Source: Eledone cirrhosa
Taxonomy: Eukaryota
DNA length: 64,000 nucleotides
Assembly (NCBI GenBank): GCA_964016885.1
Contig: OZ024743.1
Span: 296,546,001-296,610,000 of the forward strand
Direction: 5' to 3'
How positions within the stretch are numbered: the first letter of the stretch is position 1; every line of letters begins with the position of its first letter. The notes under the pieces are model-generated. The model searched no databases, had not been told where the DNA came from, and saw only the letters and a list, made by a program, of their open reading frames with translations. Positions 56,220 to 64,000 of this stretch are shown here, piece after piece. Made by a program: the position numbers and the translations under genes.

Positions 56220-56393
56220 GGGGCATAGGGGGATTGGGCAGGGGTAGTACCCTTGATGGTTGACAGCTGCACCCTAACTGGTAGGGTGGTCAGTCATCAC
56301 CGGCCCCCACCCATCCCCTAAATCTCTCACGTGTGGCTCCAAGCGCCATGCCCCGGCACACCGCTTCAGCTGGTGGACTGAACCACGTGAGGG
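56220..56393 (+). ncRNA. HDV-like ribozyme candidate at the RTE 5' end
   Basis: P1 GGGGCAT/ATGCCCC, P2 CTCTCACGTG/CACGTGAGGG, P3 GGC/GCC, L3 TCCAAGC, P1.1 CC/GG, P4 hairpin, J4/2 ACTGAA. Confidence 0.8.
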
Positions 56394-56701
56394 GGTGGTG
56401 TTGACACGGCACCACTAGGCGTATGAGCTTCAACAAGGAAACTATGTGGTTAAAGCAGAAGGAAATCCTCCCCCGGCACCGGTCCAGGACTGAAGGCGTC
56501 CCACACCATATTCCGTGGCCATCGGTTTGCAGTTCTACCAGAGACTACTCCACTTACTGTCTCTTCATTAAATGTCAGTGGTTGGGCTTCAGGTTAGCGA
56601 CCTGTTCCCGGAAAAACTCTCCTGCTACGAATACAATTCATAGTGCATCAGATTCAAATTCCAAGCAGTCAGGAGAACGGTTGTCTCTAACCGGAGATTG
56701 T

Positions 56702-59572
56702 GTGACGGGTGTCGGCGAAAGTCTCGATGAGGAAGCCGACATCCTGAGGACCAGAATTCTGTCTGCAAAAACAACCACACGTATTGGATATTGGAACATA
56801 AGAACTCTGTACCAACCATCCAAACTTGCGCAAGTTATCGGAGAAATGGAGGCCTACAAAATTAACATCCTGGGCCTCAGCGAGGTCCGCTGGACTGACT
56901 CTGGAAAGTTTGTCCATGAAAACGAGACTATCCTGTTCTCAGGCCGTCAGAACGGGGCCCACCGAGATGGAGTTGCAATCATCATTGACAGGGCTGCCAG
57001 TGGTGCCCTTAAGGAGTGGACTCCTATCAACGAACGCCTAATGACAGCAAGATTCACCACATCACATGCAAAGGTTACCATAGCTCAGTGCTATGCTCCA
57101 ACCAACGAACATAACGACGATGACAAGGACGCTTTCTACCAGCAACTACAAGATATTGTCAACAAAACCCCACGTCATGACATCCTGATCATCATGGGAG
57201 ACATGAACGCACAGATCGGGGGAAGCAGGGTTGGCTTTGAACATGTCCTTGGCCCCCATGCTATGGAAACCGCGCGTACAACGGGGACAGGTTTGTCCAG
57301 TTCTGTGCCATGAACAATATGAAAATCGGCTCGTCACTATTTGACCACAAGAACATCCACAAAGTCACATGGGCTTCGAACGACCACAGGACCAAGACGC
57401 AAATAGACCACATTGCAATTGGCCCAAGTTGGAGAGCTCCTTGCCTGCAGGACGTCCGAGTCTACCGAGGCGCAGATGTCTGCAGTGACCACTATCTGTC
57501 TGTTACCAAACTTAAAATCAGACTGAGGAAGCAGAAGAAGAAAGCACCCACTACAAGGCGTTTTGACACTACCAAGCTGAAGAACGGTGACACAGAAGCA
57601 CAGTTCGAGACTGCTTTGAGGAACAGATTTGCTGTCCTTGAGGAGTCTGTACCAGGCTCGGTCAATTGGTGGGAGGAAATGAAGAAGACCATGGAAGCTG
57701 CAGGGGAAGAAATCCTGGGCTACAGGAAGTCCCTCAGAGAAGCTTGGGTCAGCGACAACACCTGGCAGTTGATTAATGAAAGGAAAGCCCTACACCAGCA
57801 GAGGCATTCCACTACCCCAGAGGCCATCAAAGTATATCAGCAGTATGTTGAGAAGGACAAGGAGCTGAAACGCAGCGCCCAAAAGGACAAACGAATGTGG
57901 CTTGAGAGTAAGGCAGAGGAGGCAGAAGCAGCTGCGGCACGCAATGACATGCGCTCTGTGTACCAAATTGCCAAGAAAATCACCGGCAGCTCTAGAGCTA
58001 ACTCAGGCCCGGTGAACGCGAAAGATGGTACGCTGCTTTCCAATGGTGAAGAAAAGTTAGTCAGATGGGCTGAACATTTCAAGGAAGTCCTCAACAGACC
58101 GTAGCCACGTATGCCAGCAGACACTAAGGAACCTACTGGTTTGTTGCCTATCAGTACTGATGACTTCACCGAGAAGGAAGTCCGCATGGCCATCAAAACC
58201 CTTAAGAATAACAAGTCACCAGGTATGGATGGCATTTCTGCTGAAATGCTGTAGTCAGGAGGCGAAAGCATGGTCAAGTGGATGGGCCACCTATGTAATC
58301 TTGTGTGGAACACGGGTGAAGTCCCAGAAGACTGGAGAAACGGAGCGGTTGTCTGTATCCTCAAGAAGGGCAACCTTGCCGATTGTGACAACCGGAGGGG
58401 GGTGACACTTCTCTCCATACCAGGGAAGGTCTATTGTCTAGTGATCCTGAACCGCATGCGTGGCATGGTAGACCGGGAACTGCGAGAACAACAGGCAGGG
58501 TTCCGACCAAAATGTTCCTTTGCAGAGCAGATCTTTACGCTACGCCGCATCATTGAGAGGTACAACGAATTCCAGAGGCCCCTCGCTATTGGCTTCATCG
58601 ATTTCTCCAAAGTGCTGCATACGGACAGAGAATGGTTACAGTGACTGGTTTGAGGTGGTTACTGGCGTGCGTCAAGGTTGCTCGCTCTCTCCAATTCTCT
58701 TTGCCATAGCCATTGACTGGGTACTAAGAAGAGCGTCTAAAGACCAGGGTATATCTTGGGTGGGAGAGCAAAAGTTGTCTGACCTGGACTTTGCGGACGA
58801 TATTGCTGCACTTGCAGAGAGCACAGCTGACCTGCAAATCATTGTGAACGATATCAATGTCGAAGCAGGAAGCTTAGGTCTCAATATCAGTGCCAAGAAG
58901 ACCAAATACATGTTATCTGGGACACACCCACCACCAACCAGTGTCTTCATTGAACAGGGGGAGGTGGAGATAGTGGACAACTTCACCTACCTAGGAAGCT
59001 CCATTAACAATGAGGGCACCACGGACAGTGAACTGCAATGTAGAATGGGAAAGGCTTCAGCAGCATTTAACCGGCTTGACAAGATCTGGAAGAGCAGGAA
59101 GTTCACCCTCAAAACAAAGATGAAATTCTACAACAGCAACGTGCTGTCCACACTCTTGTGCGGAAGTGAAACATGGCACCTTAAGACCAGCCAAGAGAAG
59201 AAGTTGGACGCATTCGATTCCAGATGTCTGCGAAAGATCCTGGGGATTAAATGGAGTGACCATGTAACAAACCAGGAAGTCAGGAACCGCACCAACCAGC
59301 AGCTAGTCTCTTCTACCATCTGCAAGCGACGCCTGGGCTGGTTTGGACACGCTTTGAGACTCCCCCCGGAGAGACTGGCGAACCAAGTACTTAAATGGAG
59401 CCCGCAGGGAAGCAGACGGAGAGGGCGACCCAATATGAACTGGCGCCAGACAGTTGAGAGGGACCTGCGAGCGACAAACAGACAATGGCGGGACGCTGTG
59501 CAACTGGCTGCTGACCGAACGCGGTGGAACACTATGATTGCCTCATGCGTCGCAAGACGCGGGAGCTTCTGA
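56702..59572 (+). pseudogene. APE endonuclease plus reverse transcriptase of the RTE, with stops, frameshifts and a deletion near 58610
   Basis: IGYWNIRTL, LGLSEVRW, CYAPT, MGDMNA, QIDHI, SDH; GVRQGCSLSP, LDFADDI, FTYLGS. Confidence 0.93.
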
Positions 59573-61316
59573 GTCTGAGTCTTCATGGTGCTGAAAGGTT
59601 TGGAGTGATTGGTTTAAACCGAGAACTTTTCAGCAACCCCTCGTACTTATGTTGACTACATTTACACACTGGTGGTACATTACCACCAAAGGTTTACCCA
59701 AATTCATACAGGCTTGATATACTTGCCAGTGTTAAAAAGAAAGTCAGCCATGAATTCTTGTGAAATACTGCCTCATAAAGCTAATATTAACATTTCATTG
59801 ACAACGAGAAATACAACATTTATATACAACTGCCATAAAACTCAGAACTTAGTTAATCTAATTATAAATTCCAATTCTGCTAATAACCATTTTCACAATT
59901 ATTTGTGTTATCAAGTGTTTAGTCAATTCTCATCGGGGGCAGGCCTCAGATGTGTGTGTATGTTTAATAAAATTAAGATGGCTTTTATACCCATAATTCT
60001 ATTATATTATATTTAATTTCTGTGTTTTGTTGTCTCATGAGTGGATGCAAATATTTCACTAATATGATGGGGACATCAAGTATTTGTCTGTATGAGAACC
60101 ACTAATCTTACACGCATTTGGCTAATGCAAGCTGAAAACAGAATAGTTAAAATATGCAATATTTTTTATATAGTTTAGTATTTAACTGTATATTTTGTTA
60201 TCATATAACAAATATATAAGATTAACTAGAAATACATACATATAGTCAATTAATTATTGCTAGAAAATGTATAACTACACAATAATATACAATCAGAACG
60301 AAAAAAAAAAGATCAATTCAACACTAAGTGCATCAATCGGTCACAAACCACAAGGGTCATTGGCAAGCCAACACGCTCGCAGCATTACCATGAGTGCTGG
60401 CGAGGTTAGGAGGCTGAAATAACAAATCACCCTCACGGGCATCACCTGACACCTCGGTAGGACAAGCTGTATTTGTTTAGTTCTTAATTCCAATTACTAA
60501 GCTTTGTTTCATCTTTCTGTGATCTAGTGATTCATCAGGCAAGAACTTATCCTGGCTTCATGTGGCATAAAACGACAGAGTACAAGACTCCTCTTTGGAT
60601 GTGACGCCTTCCCCCATACGTTTAACCCCCATCTTATACTAGTATCCAATTTCAGCTGAAATTAACTGACTTGCTCAAAGATGCAATGTGCTATCTGGGC
60701 AAGAAATCGAATCCACAATCATGTGACCAACACTTTCACAATGAGGCTATGCGCCTTCACAACATACATATATAAATAAATAGAATGAAATGCAAAAATA
60801 CACTTGAAGACCAGACCGCTTTTCTCTTGTCCTATTTCCATATAATTTTGGGCTTCGTGACAGATCTAAGAGATCCTTATTAACTATCGATTAAGTGGAG
60901 ATCAGTAAAATTACAAAAAGTCTGAATAGGTATGATGATTAATCGATATTACATTATTACAAATAAAATGAAATCTAAGACACAACCAACTGCATTGTTA
61001 CACAAATAAGTCTAACAAAGAGAACCAACATCGTCAACAGTTCCAACACGGCTACAAAAAACACAACCACCATCATCAATACCACTACTACCATCACCAG
61101 TACCAACACCACTATAAAAGACACAATCACCATCACCAGTTCCAACACGACTACCAAAGATACGACCTCCATCACCAGTACTAATACCTAACACATCGCC
61201 ATCACCACTATCAAAGACACAACCACCGTCACCAGTACCTACATGACTATAGCGATGATTTTGATGGTCGATGTGGGTAATTGATTGCGCTGTGGTGTTG
61301 ATTCGTTTGTTGCGTG

Positions 61317-61802
61317 TGTAGCGACGTGGTTAGTCAGTCTGGTCACTACTTCTGATCAGATCCGAGAATAGCCCTTAGAAGGACTGTTATCGCATACGGT
61401 CTGATCAGATCTGAAGATAGCCCTTAAAAGAACTGTTGTCACATACGGTAAGGATGAACAAACGAAAGCACAAGTTGAAAGGACGAGCAAGGCGAGAGAT
61501 GTAATTTCGATCACCTATTTATTTTCATAAATGAAGCGACGATACAGAGGTACAAGGCGTGTGTGAGTGACAAGCGTGGCAGAGGAGAGGAACAACGATA
61601 CGCGAGTTGACTCTGCCAAAGTCGACTGGCGAAAGTGTTTGGAACCACTCTATTTATACAGAAATAATCGTTTGATGTTTAGCCGCTGCGTAGGCGTTTT
61701 ATTCTGGTGCTTCTAAGGGTTGTTTGTTTCATGGTGAGGTAGCTAGCTTAGCAGATAGATGGAGCTGTATATTTCACAGATGTTATATCCGGTGGCTGTA
61801 CA
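61317..61802 (-). mobile_element. Solo LTR with 4-bp TSD
   Basis: TGTA...TACA termini, CGTG on both sides, minus-strand TATAAATA (~61655) followed by AATAAA (~61520), and an internal ~49-bp duplication. Confidence 0.75.
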
Positions 61803-62724
61803 CGTGTATGCTCACTTGTAGCTTGCTGTGTCGTGTGGTCACTGTTATGTGATGCAGTGTGACCAGAGCTAATATGTGTGCAGGTAAGTAAGTGTTCATT
61901 AAGATGATGACGATATGATAGTTCCTTAATCACGCAGAAAATGAATGTATATAAATGAACCACGATGACACCAAACCGCTATATTAATAATTTATTGATT
62001 ATAACTCACGCCGAAGCTATACGAAAAATACACAAGAATTATGGACGTTATTTGTTTGTTTATAAAAGTAGAGTTAAAGACGTATTTACCAAGAAAACTT
62101 CATGAACTTCACTGGCTGGGTTGGGAGAGAGACCAAGAGATAACGATTGAGTGTAAGATAGGAAGGAGCCCTGCGAGTGGGGTGGCAGTGGATGTCACTA
62201 GCCATTGTCCGCGGGGCGCAGTTCCTTTACCACCGTGCCCTAGGCCCAATCATCACTACCCCTTCCCCCTCCTCATTCTTCTGTGACACTAGAGCCCTTG
62301 CCTTTCCGTTTTTTTTATATTTTCTTATTTTACATACCATTCTTTCTTCTCAATCTCATTTTTTTTCTTTTTCTATTAAATTGTTTTTACTATTATAAAC
62401 ATCAATTTACTTCTGTATTTCACTACTAAAACATAACCAACACTATCACTGCTTTATTAAAACCAATCTTTCTATCAAAGTGGCAATCCCTGCCGTCCTC
62501 ACACCTCTTCTATCACCAATAGACCACCATCACCTCTACTAACAACAATGATTCACTGACTAGCGCAACCACTGCAGCTGCCCCACATCTACAATCAACC
62601 AACATACCATCATTACTGTTGTATTCCCAGGTCACGTGATTCATATGCAAATGTGTGAGCACGTGTAAATTGAACAAATCGAATTTAACAGTCCATACAA
62701 CAATGAGGTTGTGAGTTCGATTCA

Positions 62725-64000
62725 CAGTCTATACAACACCTCCCCACCGAAATTGATGCGACAAAAGAAGCATCAACAGCAAAGTCTCTCTGGGGGTTTA
62801 CGAGTTCTCTTGGACCGTCTTCGATTGTCTCGTCCATACTCTGGAACGGGCAATAAGGTCTTGGGTCTGGTCTGTCTTGGAGTTAGTGGCACGCTTTCCG
62901 AGATCTCCATCGGGTGATCTGTTGCAAATTCAAAAACAGTGTCTACTGCATCACCAGGTTCATTGTCTTCCTCAGTAGTGTACCGCGGTTGCAGCTGTTC
63001 CCAGTGTCGTCTCCACACCGGGCCATGAGGTATGACCTTAACGTTGAAGCAGCGAGTACCCAATTACTTCTTAATGATTGCTGGTACCCATCGGGGATCT
63101 TTGTCTCGGCGAGGTCCGTAGTACAGTGCATACACAGGATCTCCAGCTTTGTACTGCCTGGTAACCTTAGCGACACCTGCCGAGTCCGGAGTCATCTGAG
63201 ACTTATATGCTTCCTTAGACTGCTTGCCTTGAGCGATGTGTGCTGGCGAGGGCAGCAGAGAATCAATCCTTGTCCGTATCTGCCGGTGATTCAAAAGTTC
63301 ACTCGGAGAGAATCCACTGGATGTCGGTGTTCTCCGGTACTGCATCAAGAACTCTTGAAGTGCTCGCTTCGGCGGAAGAGAAGTCTACCTCAGAGCTTGT
63401 TTGAAGGTCTGCACCAAACGTTCCGCTGCTCCGTTAGTAGCTGGGTGGTAAGGTGCCCCTGTCAGGTGCGTGATCCCACGTTCTTTGCACCAGCTCTGGA
63501 ACTCCTCAGAAATAAAAGTTGGTGCGTTATCGGTGACTAGCGTGTGAGGAAATCCGAAGTGCGCAAAGTCTTCTTCAAGCAGATCTAAAGTGGCTCTGGA
63601 GGACGTGGATGATGTCGGATGAATGCATGGATACTTGGAATAAGCATCCGTGATCACCAACCAATTACTGCCCATGAAATTTATTGCGTGGTCCAGGTGT
63701 AAGCGGCTCCACGGCTTTTCAGGTAACATCCATGGGTGAACTGGAGACTTGGATGGCTGGTTTTGATGTTCACCACACGAATCACATTGTCGACTGGTTT
63801 TCTCTATAGCAGCATCGATACCAGGCCAATAAACAGCAGTTCTTGCCAATTGTTTCATGCGCTCCATGCCAAAGTGTCCGAGATGCAGAAGATTGAGGAT
63901 CTTTGGCTGTTAGCTATGTGGAATCACAACTCTCGATCCATGGATAAGGCATCCGTGGCAGATACTGAGTGGATCCGATAACTTCCGGAACTTATTGACT
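62725..64000 (-). mobile_element. Ty3/gypsy pol 3' end (integrase), PPT and start of a truncated 3' LTR
   Basis: HHCC zinc finger (H..HFG..VYWPGID..CDSC), core RLHLDHA, LVTDNA, YHPATNGAAER. PPT GGTGGGGAGG followed by TG at 62738. Confidence 0.9.

Larger units (their letters stand above)
56218..59580 (+). mobile_element. Full-length RTE-clade LINE with 8-bp TSD
   Basis: CTTCATGG at 56210-56217 and 59581-59588, with a (CTGAGT)2 tail. Confidence 0.93.

Noticed and set aside
61020-61250. Thr-rich mucin-like coding sequence (also 10790-11010)
   Set aside because: Degenerate CAC/ACC trinucleotide low-complexity DNA without gene context.

Overview
Animal, repeat-dominated DNA with no host protein-coding gene that I can support. 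The (TA)n/(GT)n density and the tRNA-derived SINEs suggest an octopus-like cephalopod (inference). Decayed mobile elements include a hAT transposase remnant, several non-autonomous Helitrons, a near-complete R4/Dong-type LINE interleaved tail-to-tail with Tx1/L1-type LINEs, CRE and RTE fragments, a full-length RTE LINE with an 8-bp TSD, three Penelope-like elements (PLEs) plus a GIY-YIG fragment, a solo LTR and a Ty3/gypsy integrase region. The main unexplained structure is a dense set of predicted self-cleaving RNA motifs. About ten hammerhead (HHR) motifs from unrelated families lie in (TA)n-flanked elements. Most of these elements are head-to-head palindromes with the RNA-sense strand pointing outward in both arms, and they often fold back at a ribozyme helix or a short native palindrome. 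A strong HDV-like ribozyme candidate starts 2 nt inside the 5' end of the full-length RTE. All RNA folds were read by eye and are untested, and element boundaries are approximate unless exact motifs are quoted.
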